Shown here: positions 50,985-63,968 of the stretch, piece by piece
How the letters are laid out: each line of letters begins with the position of its first letter
Position numbering within the stretch: the stretch's first letter is position 1
NCBI RefSeq assembly: GCF_006345805.1
Contig: NC_043001.1
Span: 16,492,001 to 16,556,000, forward strand
DNA length: 64,000 bases
DNA from: Octopus sinensis
Lineage: Eukaryota
Direction of reading: 5' to 3'
The notes under the pieces: generated by a model
Told to the model about the DNA's origin: nothing
Databases searched by the model: none
What the model saw: the letters and a program-made list of their open reading frames with translations, nothing else
Position numbers and translations under genes: made by a program

Positions 50985-52285
50985 ATCTTAGATAACACCA
51001 CCATCATCATCATCGCCAACACAATCACCAACACACAACAACCATCCCAACAGCCATGATAACGATCATGACCATGATCACCACCACCTTCACCATCATC
51101 GTCGGCGTCGTCGATACCATCATCATCACCAACACGATCCATACCACACCATCACCATCCAAACAGCCACGAACACGATCGCGATCATGATCACCTCCAA
51201 CCCCACCACCATAACCACCACCTTCACCATCATCGTCGTCGTCGTCGTCATCGATATCATCATCATCATCATCACCAACATGATCCCCACCACCATCCCA
51301 ACAACCACGATCATCATCATGATCACCACCAACCCCACCTCAAGCACCACCACCATCATCATCGTCGTCGTCGATATCATCATCGCCGCACCACCACCAC
51401 CAACGCAGCAGCCATGATCACAATTGCGGTCATGATCACCACCACCACCACCACCACCACCACAACCACCACCACCACCACCACAACCACCACCACCACA
51501 ACCACCACCACCACAACCATCATCGTCGTCGATATCATCATCACATCATCGCCACCATCCCAACAACCATTATCACGATCACGATCATGATCACTACCAC
51601 ATCACCACGACGACGACGACCACCACTAGCACCACCACCGCCACCACGACCACCAACACGACAACCACGCACCACTACCACCACCACTACCACCACCGCT
51701 ACTACCACGACCACGACCACGACGACCACCACAACCACGACCACGACCACCACAACCACCACCACCACCACTACCACGACCACCGCCACCACGACTACCA
51801 CCACGACCACCACCACAACAACCAACACCACTGGCACCACGACCACCACGACCACGACGACCACCACAACCACGACCACGACCACCGCCACTACGACCAC
51901 GACCGCCACCACGACCACGACCACCACAACCACCACCACGACCACCACCATGACCACCACCACGACCACCACCACGACCACCACCACGACCACCACCACG
52001 ACCACCACGACCACCACAACCACCACAACCACCACGACCACGATCACCACCACCACCACCACCGCCACCGCACCACCGCCAACATCCCAACAACCATGAT
52101 CACGATCATGATTATGATCACAACCACGACCACGACCACCACCATCATCGTCGTTGTCGTCGTCGTCGATATCATTATCATCACATTATCGCCAATACGA
52201 TCCCCACCACACCACACCACCAGATCATGATCATACCACCACCACCACCACCACCACCACCACCACCATAAGAACCATCATGATT
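50985..52285. repeat. 1.3-kb (ACC/ACG/ATC)n trinucleotide-based repeat with higher-order motifs
   Basis: Recurrent CATCCCAACAACCATGATC and ACCATCATCGTCGTCGATATCATCATC blocks separated by ACC runs. Confidence 0.9.
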
Positions 52286-52679
52286 ATGCATGTAACACAA
52301 GCATTATTTGCTAAACTATACAATATTACAGTGAGTCTAGTTTCACAATGTGTAAGAGATAAAAACGGAAATCAGTTGATTGCACGCCATTGATTTATTA
52401 GATAAAAAGTTTATTGTGTGAAATAAATTTATATCCTCGACAAAAGGAAACGCAACAATATCAAGTATTTGGTGCAGTGACATGGCATTTCTGTTTCGAG
52501 ATTCTTTTGCCACTTTAATGGAGGAGTGTGGAATAGTTTGAAGAGAATATACCGAATCAACGAGACGCAGTCAATCAGGCGGGACTCAACACTTAACACC
52601 CACCCACACACTCACACACACACCACACACACACGCACACACATTATATACATATGTCTGCACATACATACGTAACTAG

Positions 52680-52732
52680 AGTCTCGTCTGAGAGACTGAA
52701 TACTGATATATGTATGTATGTTATATATATAT

Positions 52733-52813
<81 letters not shown>

Positions 52814-52962
52814 CACACACACACAGACATATATATATACATATATATATATACACACACACAGACATATATATATACATATATATATATACGTATATAT
52901 ATGCATATACGTATATATATGCATATATATATATACTTATATGCATATATATATGTATATAT

Positions 52963-53005
<43 letters not shown>

Positions 53006-53105
53006 GTATGCATATATGTATATATATGTATATATATGTATGTACATATGTATATGTAAATATATATATATATGTATATATATGTGTGTATATATGTATA
53101 TGTAA

Positions 53106-53142
<37 letters not shown>

Positions 53143-53348
53143 TGTGTGTGTCTATATATATAAATATATAGGGAGATATAATGTATATATATATATATAT
53201 TATATATATATATGTATATATATTTGCATGTATGTGTGAATGTGTGTATTTGTGTGTATGCGTGCGTATGTACGTGTGCATGTATATGCCCACAAATCCC
53301 TTCTGTTCTCCCTTTCTTTCTTTCTTTCTCTCTCTTCCTTTCTCTATT

Positions 53349-53380
<32 letters not shown>
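52680..53380. repeat. (TA)n/(CA)n/(CTTT)n microsatellite field
   Basis: Direct reading. Confidence 0.95.
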
Positions 53381-53799
53381 TTTTCGCACAAATACAGCCA
53401 CATACACGAACACCCCTCTGAATATGTGAGAATGAAAGTTGGAATAGAAAAACGTAACAACACGAATAAATCCATTGGAGTAAATCACATGTCAAGAACT
53501 ATATATATTTATTTAATCGTTGAAATTCTTGCTAAAAATAAACCTTATATTATTCATTGCATCAGCATATTTCATTAACAAATCTGAGATAAGTTAAGAA
53601 CTACTACAGAAAGGCGGAAACAAAACTATTTTGTTAAAATATCCTTTTCGTTTTGCTTTTATTTGTTTTTAATTCTATTTATTTATTTATTTATTGAATA
53701 TTGAATTTTCGTCAGAGCTGACTCATGCTAGAAACCTCAACATGCTTACCTTATGACAATGGAGATTCGTGGTTCGATCCTTGTTGATGCAGTCTTTGC

Positions 53800-54043
53800 T
53801 CTTTTACTCTCTCTCTTTTACTTGTTTCAGGCATTTGACTGAGGCCATGCTGGAGCATCGCAATTAGTCGAGCAAATCGACCTCAGAACTTATTCTCTGT
53901 AAACCTAGTACTTATTCTATCGGTCTCTTTTGCCGAACCGCTAAGTGACAGGGACGTAAACACACCAGTATCGGTTGTCAAGCGATGTTGGAACAATCAC
54001 AGACACAAAAACGAATACACACAGACACAAATACACACACATG

Positions 54044-54106
<63 letters not shown>

Positions 54107-54325
54107 GCACACACACACATATATATATATACACACACATACACATATATATACATATATACGACGGGCTTCTTTCAGTTTCCGTCTACCAAATCCACCC
54201 ACAAGGCTTTGGTCGGCTCGAGGCTATAGTAGAAGATACTTGCCTAAGGTGCCATGCAGTGGGACTGAACGCGGAACCATGTGGTTGGTAAGCAAGCTAC
54301 TTACCACACAGCCACTCCTACGCCT
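53800..54325 (-). mobile_element. SINE family C
   Basis: Family consensus. Confidence 0.85.
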
Positions 54326-54611
54326 CTATTGCTGTATTATGTTTTTATTTTTTATATTATTCTTTCGGCTTTTTTTTCGTAGAAGGACAACCATTTTGAG
54401 GGGAGGGGTTAGTTGATTACATCGACTCCCTACACTCGATTGATACTTTATTGTAAAGTTGAACTTGGGTTTTTGCCTTTCATCATTTTGAGGTCGATAA
54501 AATTCTGGTTTCGATGTAATCGATCTTCCCTGAAGGGTATGAAAGACGAAGTCGATCTTGGCGGAATTTGAACTCAGAATAATAATAATAATAATAACAA
54601 CAACAACAGTC

Positions 54612-54644
<33 letters not shown>

Positions 54645-54661
54645 TAATAATAATAATAATA

Positions 54662-55218
54662 TGCTCTGATGCAGTACCAAGCAGTGGTGTGTCGTGGCTT
54701 CTGATCTTTACTGATTGGAAGTGTTATCATGTACATTGTTTTGTCTCGGCATAAAAGATTGGCCACAGCAAATATTCTGCTCAATACAAACAGATTTGCT
54801 TGTTGGTTATTTGACCGTAACCAATTGAGCATGTCCCTTAGTGGCTGACGATATGTGCATCTCTGATCACGAGCAGAAGTAGTGGGGGAGCATCATAGCC
54901 ATGTGTTGAGAGGGATTCTTTGGGGCTTGAATAATTCACCTTTGGAGACATGGGTGTTTCGTTCAACATCCTTAAACAACTCTTATTCAGGGACCTTTTG
55001 AGCGGAATGGGTTTTTCGACCAGAAGAAAATTCTAACTGGGCCCCACCTGAAAGGTCATGTGCTGTTTATCTTGATATGAGATCACCATGTCGCGCACAT
55101 ATGGTTGTGATGCATGTACCTAGTGTACCCTTATCAGACGGGTAGTCATGATGGGTATACTGGGCTTCGTATATTTTACTCCAGTGTTACTTTGATGGCA
55201 TGCACTGCTGTCTCACTC
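54662..55218 (+). mobile_element. Unclassified about 560-bp repeat inside (TAA)n
   Basis: TAA tract upstream (about 54580-54660) and AATAATGATAATAAT downstream; homologous to 30372-30864. Confidence 0.8.
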
Positions 55219-55299
55219 AATAATGATAATAATATTAAGTAAGAAGGTCAGGCTTGTGTAAGATAAAAGCTGCTGCTAATGTTGGGGCTGACATAATAA

Positions 55300-56820
55300 A
55301 GATTCAAGCGGAAAACTGAAGGAACGAAAGGAAACGAAAAGAAAGAACCAAACTGGAGTAAGAGAATACGAGTGAAGTTGGAAAAAGATACGGAAAAAAT
55401 CCGGGGTAATTGAAAAGGATAATGACAGGAGAAATCTAGAATGAGGTATTAATCAGAAAATTTAATGGACAGTACAAGTTAGAAAAGAGGGGAAAGCAAA
55501 CAGTAGATGAAGAATTTTCACAAAGGGTGACAGCCTCAAAGGCCAAATTCAGAAGATATGATGCTAGATGCAAAGGCTTTGAACAGAATTGACCATTTCA
55601 ATCATATAGAAAGCGTATTTTTGAGGAAATAGAGGGGAAACAGCATCAGGAAGTGATTCCTGATGCAGAGAAAGTAAAGTATCTTGGGAAGAACTTTGGA
55701 ATAGGTCATTGAATTGCAGAGTGGCTAACACAGGTGAAAAGGCAGTTTGAAACTGTGCCAAAACAAAAGGAAGTCATAACTAATCTATATTTAGTGAGAC
55801 TGAGACTGAAATTAAAAAAGATAAATTGGTAAGGACCTGACCTGGCTGGAGAACAAGGCTATTGGCTGAAGAACTTTACACAATTTCATGAAAGTATCGC
55901 TGCACAACCAAATGCATGCCTATAGCAGGGTCACGTCCATGCCTGGGTGGTAAGTGGACGAACGTTGTTATGTCTCAAAGACACCTTGAAAGGGAACTTG
56001 GTCTCACATTTTCGACCTAAATCCTGTTTGCCACTTACGTGGAAGCTTATGGCCGATGTCTTGGCGGGGAAAAAATATAATGATCTGGAAAGTAATCTTT
56101 GTCCAGAAGAAAAGAAAGAATGCAGGAAACAAAGTAGTGCAACAAAAGACCACTTATTAATTGATGAAATGATAATTAGACGCTGCAGACGATTGGTGAC
56201 GGGACTGAATGTAGCATGGTTAGATTACAAAAAAAGCATACGACATGGTGGAAGCACTCCGTCGGTTACGACGACGAGGGTTCCGGTTGATCCGAATCAA
56301 CGGAACAGCCTGCTCGTGAAATTAACGTGTAAGTGGCTGAGCACTCCACAGACACGTGTACCCTTAACGTAGTTCTCGGGGATATTCAGCGTGACACAGA
56401 AAGTGACAAGGCCGGCCCTTTGAAATACAGGTACAACAGAAACAAAGAGTGAGAGAAAGTTGTGGTGAAAGAGTACAGCAGGGATCACCACTATCCCCTG
56501 CCGGAGCCTCATGGAGCTTTTAGGTGTTTTTGCTTAATAAACACTCACAACGCCCGGTCCGGGAATCGAAACCACGATCCTACGACCGCGAGTCCGCTGC
56601 CCTAACCACTGGGCCATTGCGCCTCCACATACGACATGGTACCGCATAGTTGGATAAGCAAAACAATGAGCATGGAGCGGCAGAAAATATGGAGAAAATA
56701 GTTAATGAAAGTATGAGACATTGGAATACTGAATTTTGATTGGAAGAAAACAAATACTTGGAAAAGTGAACATCAGACGTGATATAATTCAAGGTGATAG
56801 TTTTGGCCACTAAAGGCAAT
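55300..56820 (+). pseudogene. Decayed RLE-type (R4/Dong-like) RT fragment interrupted by a SINE
   Basis: EEKKECRKQSSATKDHLLID..NVAWLDYKK; removing the SINE restores A-Y-D-M-V-P-H-S-W-I, with QGDS-like codons at about 56790. Confidence 0.75.
56250..56628 (-). mobile_element. tRNA-derived SINE (A head + T1 tail) with 12-bp TSD
   Basis: TSD ATACGACATGGT at 56238-49 and 56629-40. Confidence 0.92.
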
Positions 56821-56879
56821 CAGCTCAGTAATCATTCATGTATACAAAATGTGGAATGTTGAGATAAGGAGTTTACAAA

Positions 56880-57600
56880 AACGTGTGGCGTAGGTCAAAG
56901 AATAAATAGATAATTATGTATAATTAGAATTTAAGATTTACTATTTAATATTTAATAGAATTTAATATTTCATATTCAAAAAATATTTGATAAGATCTTA
57001 TTTAAAAAGAATCCAAAGCAGAGTTGTCCATCAAAAACGAGTGAGAACTCACGGGTTATGTTGGCATGAAGTAGCCCAGATTTTTTCATGACTACCACTG
57101 TTTGCATGGAGTCTGGAGCAGCCAAATGCATCCGTCATCATCTGCGGGGGATGAGTCAAAATATAAGGTAATTTCTCTACGATAGCCCTGCCTCCACTTG
57201 TGATAAGTGTACTGTTGTTTTACTGTCATTTCAAGTCCCGTATTCCGGCACTAATCGGTTCTCCATGGCTATCACAGCTAAGCAATATCTGCCACACCAT
57301 GGCGGATATTGTCGATACAGAATCGTTTATTGTTTGGGAAACACCAAACTCGACTAATAATAGCTTTGTTTTATTGTTACAAAGGATTGGGTGGAGTATA
57401 TTACACGGACACTTAGCAGAAATCGTGGGCGGATGACGAAGAGTTTTACGACAATTATGCTGACTGTTAACGCTGCTGTAACATTGTCATACTTGTGTGA
57501 AAACACCGATCCTGATCATTGACCAATGAATCCCTTTCAAATACAGGGAAAAATTTATCGTATAAAGCAGACCCAAAACACAAAACTAAACATAACAATA
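56880..57600 (+). repeat. About 700-bp unclassified repeat, copy 1
   Basis: Inverted copy at 59390-60120; partial direct copy at 62513-62900. Confidence 0.85.
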
Positions 57601-57689
57601 CGTACACACATACATACGTACGTACATACATATATAGCATATTTATCATACCTTGATACTGCGTGGGTTGTGTTTCCCGTTGACAGGCT

Positions 57690-58642
57690 TCTAATATTCT
57701 TTTCTACTCTAGGCACAAAGATAGAAATTTGGGAAGGGGGCCAGTCGATTAGATCGATCTCAGTACGTAACTGGTACTTAATTTATCGATCCCGAAAGGA
57801 TGAAAGGCAAAGTCGACCTCGGCGGAAGTTGAACTCAGGACATAAAGACAGAGAAATACTATTTCTTTACTACCCACAAGGGGTTAAACACAGAGAGGTC
57901 AAACAAGGACAGAAAAACAGATTAAATCAATTATATCGACCGCAGTGCGTAACTGGTACTTAATTTATCGACCCCGAAAGGATGAAAGGCAAAGTCGACC
58001 TCGGCGGAAGTTGAACTCAGGACGTAAAGACAGAGAAATACCTATTTCTTTACTACCCACAAGGGGTTACACACAGACGGGACAAACAAGGGCAGACAAA
58101 CGGATTAAGTCGATTATATTGACCCCAGTGCGTAACTGGTACTTAATTTATCGACCCCGAAAGGATGAAAGGCAAAGTCGACCTCGGCGGAAGTTGAACT
58201 CAGGACGTAAAGACAGAGAAATACCTATTTCTTTACTACCCACAAGGAGTTACACACAGAGGGGACAAACAAGGACGGACTAACGGATTAAGTCGATTAT
58301 ATTGACCCCAGTGCGTAACTGGTACTTAATTTATCGACCCCGAAAGAATGAAAGGCAAAGTCGACCTCGGCGGAATTTGAACTCAGGACGTAAAGACAGA
58401 GAAATACCTATTTCTTTACTACCCACAAGGGGTTACACACAGAGGGGACAAACAAGGACAGACAAACGGATTAAGTCGATTATATTGACCCCAGTGCGTA
58501 ACTGGTACTTAATTTATCGACCCCGAAAGAATGAAAGGCAAAGCCGACCTCGGCGGAATTTGAACTCAGAACGTAACAGCAGACGAAATACCGCCAAGCA
58601 TTTCGCCTGGCGTGCTAACGTTTCTGCCAGCTCGCCGCCTTA
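57690..58642 (-). repeat. Family B SINE with five tandem 183-bp internal units
   Basis: AACTGGTACTT starts at 57769, 57951, 58134, 58317 and 58500; a single head at about 58590-58642. Confidence 0.92.
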
Positions 58643-58832
58643 CAGGCTTCTAATATTAAATGAAGTGTCAAGCAATTAGGGTATACAAATTAATGGCTTC
58701 ATTTCTCTGAAGCTATTAGATTCGATGTGCATATAAACAGATTGATCGCTTGTTTCTCTGTTACTGATCAAATGATGAGGATACCTTTGATAAGACTGCA
58801 ATAAGAGTCGACGATTTGACATTTTGTATACT

Positions 58833-59250
58833 CTTTAACTCTTTTACTCTTTTACTTGTTTCAGTCATTTGACTGCGGCCATGCTGGAGCACCGCCTTTA
58901 ATCGAGCAACTCGACCCCGGGACTTATTCTTTTTGTAAGCCCAGTACTTATTCTATCGGTCTCTTTTTGCCGAACCGCTAAGTAACGGGGACATAAACAC
59001 ACCAGAATCGGTTGTCAAGCAATGCTTGGGGGACAAACACAGACACACAAACTCACAAACGCACATATATATATATACATATATACGACGGGCTTCTTTC
59101 AGTTTCCGTCTACCAAATTCACTCACAAGGCTTTGGTCGGCCCGAGGCTATAGCAGAAGACACTTGCCCAAGGTGCCACGCAGTCGACTGAACCCGGAAC
59201 CATGTGGTTCGTAAGCAAGCTACTTACCACACAGCCACTCCTGTGCCTAT
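58833..59250 (-). mobile_element. SINE family C
   Basis: Family consensus. Confidence 0.85.
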
Positions 59251-59389
59251 ATGTCTACTACTTATGCTTTCATAGATCTTTACTGTATGCATGGTGAAAA
59301 AGATCAAACTGAAGTGATACTATAAGACAAATCATCTGAAATTCGATGAATTTAGAGGGAAACCAAAGAAGAATGAATTCACAAACTTT

Positions 59390-60120
59390 TGTTATGTTTA
59401 GTTTTGTTTTTTGTTCACATATGCACCCTATCTATGAAAATCCTTTGGGTCTGCTTTATACGATAACTTTTTCCCTGTATTTGAAAGGGATTCATTGGTC
59501 AGTGAACAGGATCTGTGTATTCACACAAGTATGGCAATGTAACAGCAGCGATAATAGTCAACGATGCAATAACAGTCAGCATAATTGTCGTGAAACTCTT
59601 CGTCATCCGCCCACGATTTCTACTAAGTGTCCGTGTAATATACTCCACCCAATCCTTTGTAACAATAAAACAAAGCTATTATTAGTCGAATTTGGTGTTT
59701 CCCAAACAATAAACGATTCTGTATCAACAATATCCGCCATGGTGTGGCAGATATTGCTTAGCTGTGATAGTCATGGAGAACCGATTAGCGCCGGAATACG
59801 GGACTTGAAATGACAGTAAAACAACAGTACACTTATCACAAGTGGAGGCAGGGCTATCGTAGAGAAATTACCTTATATTTTGACTCATCCTCCGCAGATG
59901 TTGACGGATGCATTTGGCTGCTCCAAACTCCATGCTAACAGTGGTAGTCATGGAGAAATCTGGGCTACTTCATGCCAACGTAATCTGTGTGTTCGCACTC
60001 ATTTCTAGATGGATAACTCTGCTTTGTATACTTTTTAAATAAGATCTTATCAAATATTTTTAAAGAATATGATCTTATTCTAAACTTACACAATTATCTA
60101 TTTCTTCTTACGCCACACGG
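59390..60120 (-). repeat. About 700-bp unclassified repeat, copy 2 (inverted)
   Basis: Reverse complement of 56880-57600 with small indels. Confidence 0.85.
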
Positions 60121-60129
60121 TTCCTCATT

Positions 60130-61965
60130 CGTGGATTATGGATGGCTTGAAAATCTGTGGTATCGCACACAATATTATAAATCTATTGAGCCGATGTAGG
60201 AATAAATGGACTAGTGAACTCAAAGTGGGTTAAGTTAAGCTTAGACTTTGTCAACAGCAAGCCAGGAATCTTTGAAGAAGGTAACTTGTTATGATTGCTT
60301 TTTTGCATTCTGAATAATATTCTGAGTTTGATTTTGAGAAACACGTAAACTGGTTATGAGTTCAAAGAAAAAAAAACATAAAATCAACCGTCCTGTTTTT
60401 ATGAACGACCTGGAACTCAACCAGAAAGACGAAAACCAGCCGAATTCATTGATTCGAATTGTGCATTAGGATGGGACTTGGACTGAAAAAGTGTGTACTG
60501 TTGATTTTAAAAAGTGGCAAAATTGGAGAAGTGGACGGTGCGAAGCTGCTTACTGGGGATGTAATGAAGAGAATAGACAAAGGCGGATGGAAGTATCTGG
60601 GCATATTGGAAGTGGGCGAATTGATGGGAAACGAAATGAATATAAGCCTGGGCTTCAGAGGCCCACAACTATTCAATATTCTCCCGAAGGACCTGAGAGA
60701 CCTGCATGGGGTGGATGCAGATGTCTTCAAAATAAAGCTGGACCTCTTCCTGTCAGGTGTCCCAGATGAACCAACTTCACAGCAGGAGGTGCAGATGAGG
60801 GCAGCTGCATCAAACTCTCTCATGAACCAAATATCAATTGCTAAAAATCATTCGTGAAGTAAAATCATGTAGCAACACCGAATGGCGGTGCCCCAGCATG
60901 GCCACAGCTCGTGAGCTGAAACTAGATGAAATGAAATGAAAATGAACAATATATTCTCTCAGTAGTATCGCAGAAGACTGAGGGTGATTTTGAAAACTAA
61001 ATTAAATGGGAGGGATAAGTTCCAAGCAATAAATTCTTGGGCAATTGCTCATTGAGATATGGAGCAAGAGTGATACGATTCTTGGATAAGAAAAGGAAAC
61101 TACTAGAAATATACGATGCATTCACCCGAAAAGTGATATTGAAGGCTACACCTTACGAGAAAGAAAGAAGGGCGGAGATTGATAAGTTGTGTGGAAACAG
61201 AAGAAAGCAATATTGCTTGGTATATAAAGAATGTAAAGGAGGCATTACTTGTACAAGTAAGGAATGCAAGTAAAGTCTATTAAATGCGGAAAACGCTTGG
61301 GAGAAGATGAATTACAAAATAAAGCCAAAAACGAAGAGGAAAAACAACTGAAAGGATAAGAAGATGCTCGGTCATTTCTAGAGAGAGAGATATTAAAAGA
61401 TCCAGATCCAGAGAGTAGATGGTTTAAGGTTACGAAAAAGTAACCTGAAACTTGAAGCAGAGGCTTTGATAAGTGCAATACAAGAACAAGTATATAGAAC
61501 AAAGTACATCAAGCACAAAATTGACCAATGATCAGAATCTGATAAATGCAGAATGTGTAGTGGAATTGAAGAGACAGTGTGGCGAATTTTAAGCGGATGC
61601 TGGCCCAAAGAGAATACAAGACTAAGTATTACAATGTCGCCAGAACAGAATGGTTCATTGGAAATTATGTAGCAAGTCTGGTTTGGAAAATGCGAGAAAA
61701 TGGTAGAAAATGACCGAGAAAAATCCTTTGGAACTTTCATGATCGAATGTGATCAGCGAATCGAACATCTGAAACCCGATATGGCATTGATAGACAAGGA
61801 AGAAAAATCGTTCCTGATCAAAGACATCGCCTACTTTGGAGAGACAAGAATTGTCGAAAAAGAAGTAGAAAAAAGTTGACGTGGAATTAAAAAAAAGCTG
61901 TGATCGATGAAAAAAAGGTGTATATTGTGCTAATACTCGTTGGTGCACTACGTATAGTCAGGTCA
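60130..61965 (+). pseudogene. Decayed RLE-type (R4/Dong-like) LINE, RT C-half to endonuclease
   Basis: FMNDL, MGLGLKKC, WKYLGI, KLNGRDKFQAINSW, KCRMCSGIEETV and KPDMALIDKEEK blocks with many frameshifts. Confidence 0.75.
60645..60945 (+). mobile_element. CR1-group LINE 3' end nested in the RLE remnant
   Basis: SLGFRGPQLFNILPKDLRDLHGVDADVFKIKLDLFLSGVPDEP..NHS-stop, 3' UTR, (TGAAA)n tail. Confidence 0.85.
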
Positions 61966-62099
61966 GATTAAATGTGGGGGGAATGCGCCGTTACAGCGCG
62001 TTGTTGCATTCACCATTTTTTAAAAATAATCCTGGGTCCTTTCGGGCGACCCGTCGTGCAGAGTCCCAGTCAGGCCTCATCTCCGTGAGATACCGCCTC

Positions 62100-62510
62100 A
62101 TGTGCCACAAGGGGCTACACACAGAGAGGACAAACAAGGACAGACAAACGGATTAAGTCGATTATATCGACCCCAGTGCGTAACTGGTACTTATTTAATC
62201 GACCCCGAAAGGATGAAAGACAAAGTCGACCTCGGTGGAATTTGAACTCAGAACGTAGCAGCAGACGAAATACCTATTTCTTTACTACTCACAAGGGGCT
62301 AAACACAGAGAGGACAAACAAGATAGTCAAACGGAGTAAGTCGATTATATCGACCTCCCCCCAGTGCGCAACTGGTACTTATTTAATCAACCCCGAAAAG
62401 ATGAAAGGCAAAGTCGACCTCGGCGGAATTTGAACTCAGAACGTAGCGACAGACGAAATACCGCTCAGCATTTCGCCCGGCGTGCTAACGTTTCTGCAAG
62501 CTCACCTCCT
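62100..62510 (-). mobile_element. Family B SINE, tandem form
   Basis: Two core units plus head. Confidence 0.8.
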
Positions 62511-62512
62511 TC

Positions 62513-62900
62513 CACTTGTGATAATATTTTGCCATTGTTTTTATTATCATTTCAAGTCCCGTATTCCGGCGTAATTGGTTATCTGCCACGCCACGGCGGA
62601 TATTGTCGATACAGAATCGTTTATTGTTTGGGAAACACCAAATTCGACTAATAATAGCTTTGTTTTATTGTTACAAAAGGTTGGGTGGAGTATATTACAC
62701 GGACACTTAGCAGAAATCGTGGGCGGATGACGAAGAGTTTTACGACAATTATGCTGACTGTTATCGCATCGTTGACTATTATCGCTGCTGTAACATTGCC
62801 ATACTTGTGTGAATACACCGATCCTGATCACTGACCAATGAATCCCTTTCAAATACAGGGACGCAATTATCGTATGAAGCAGACCCCCAAAAGTTTCATT
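62513..62900 (+). repeat. About 700-bp unclassified repeat, copy 3 (partial)
   Basis: Matches about 57194-57570. Confidence 0.85.
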
Positions 62901-62979
62901 GGAGGATTACATATGACCAACATGCAAAGGAACATAGCAATACGTACATACATATATACGCACGCACACACACACACAC

Positions 62980-63530
62980 GTATAATTCGTCCGTTGTTGT
63001 CGACGACGATGAAGAATATCACATAAGAGAAGATAAGGTACGGGTGTGTCCAGTTGCAGCCGATCAGTCCAATGCTTACTAGGAAGGCTTTGCCGCGGTT
63101 CGGGCATTAATGGTCTGCTGGGACTGAAGGCAAAGCGTTGGGTCTGGACTTGTGCAGCTGGCGTTTTTTTTTGTGCTCTTGCAATCCTTTACTGTTCAAA
63201 GGAAGCACATCTCTGTTGGTGCAGCTTCTCTAGGCAGAGCGGTCCCGAGCTTGCATTTCCCCGGTGTCCGGGTTGAGCTCAATGTTCTTCAATTAGGTTT
63301 TGAGTGTATCCCTGAAACACTTTTTCTGTTCGCCTTCCGTGCGCTAACCGTCCGTCATTTTGCTGTAAAAATCTCTTAGGGTGTCGTGTGTCTGGCATTC
63401 GAACAAAATGGCTTGTCTTACATAAACACGCGAAGACTGGACCCAGAAGGACTGAGTGGAGGAAACCACTAGACTGGTTCAGCGGCGGGAGGGTGAACCA
63501 GCAAGCGTTATGGAATGCGAACAAAGCACA
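62980..63530 (-). pseudogene. RTE-clade LINE 3' remnant
   Basis: HFVRMPDTRHPKRF..; KDTLK and QDRSAWRSC-like blocks in shifted frames. Confidence 0.75.
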
Positions 63531-63784
63531 GTGAGACACATACATACATACATACATACATACATACATACATACATACATACATGATGGCTGCCCTCTC
63601 GTTATCGAGTATGGCCATTGCACGAAGCTTAACTGTTATTGGTGCAGTGATCGAATGTGACTTTTTAGCCCAGCTAAAGATCTACAATGTCTTGTACAGA
63701 ATTGGCAGCTAAAACATATACATACATACACACATACATACGTACGTACGTACGAACACACATAGATATATACTCTATATATAA

Positions 63785-63968
63785 GTTCAATATCAAGCCG
63801 TACTGTATGACAAAGAAGGGTGAGCTTGAACTGAGCTCGGAAGGAAATTCAGAATCCACCCCCTCCCCCGAAGAAAAAAGAGAAAAGAGCCCCCTATCCC
63901 ACAAAAAACTTGTCTGGTATTCAGTGTCTAAACCAAAAACAGACAAGGAACATAAAGGATTTTACTGA
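63785..63968 (+). CDS. Possible exon or TE remnant, unassigned
   Basis: Non-repetitive open frame FNIKPYCMTKKGELELSSEGNSESTPSPEEKREKSPLSHKK after an AG; no polypyrimidine tract and no recognised domain. Confidence 0.15.

Noticed and set aside
57740-58640. Regularly spaced repeats resembling a CRISPR array, and the repeated RNWYLIYRPRK ORFs
   Set aside because: The entire 183-bp unit is repeated with no unique spacers, it matches a dispersed SINE, and there are no cas genes in a eukaryotic context.
59346-59813. 155-aa ORF as a gene
   Set aside because: It lies within a locally triplicated repeat, copy 1 has an in-frame stop, and there is no recognisable domain.
55300-61965. Idea that the two RLE fragments are one LINE split by the foldback
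   Set aside because: Both fragments cover the same SWI-to-GDS RT interval, so they are separate copies.
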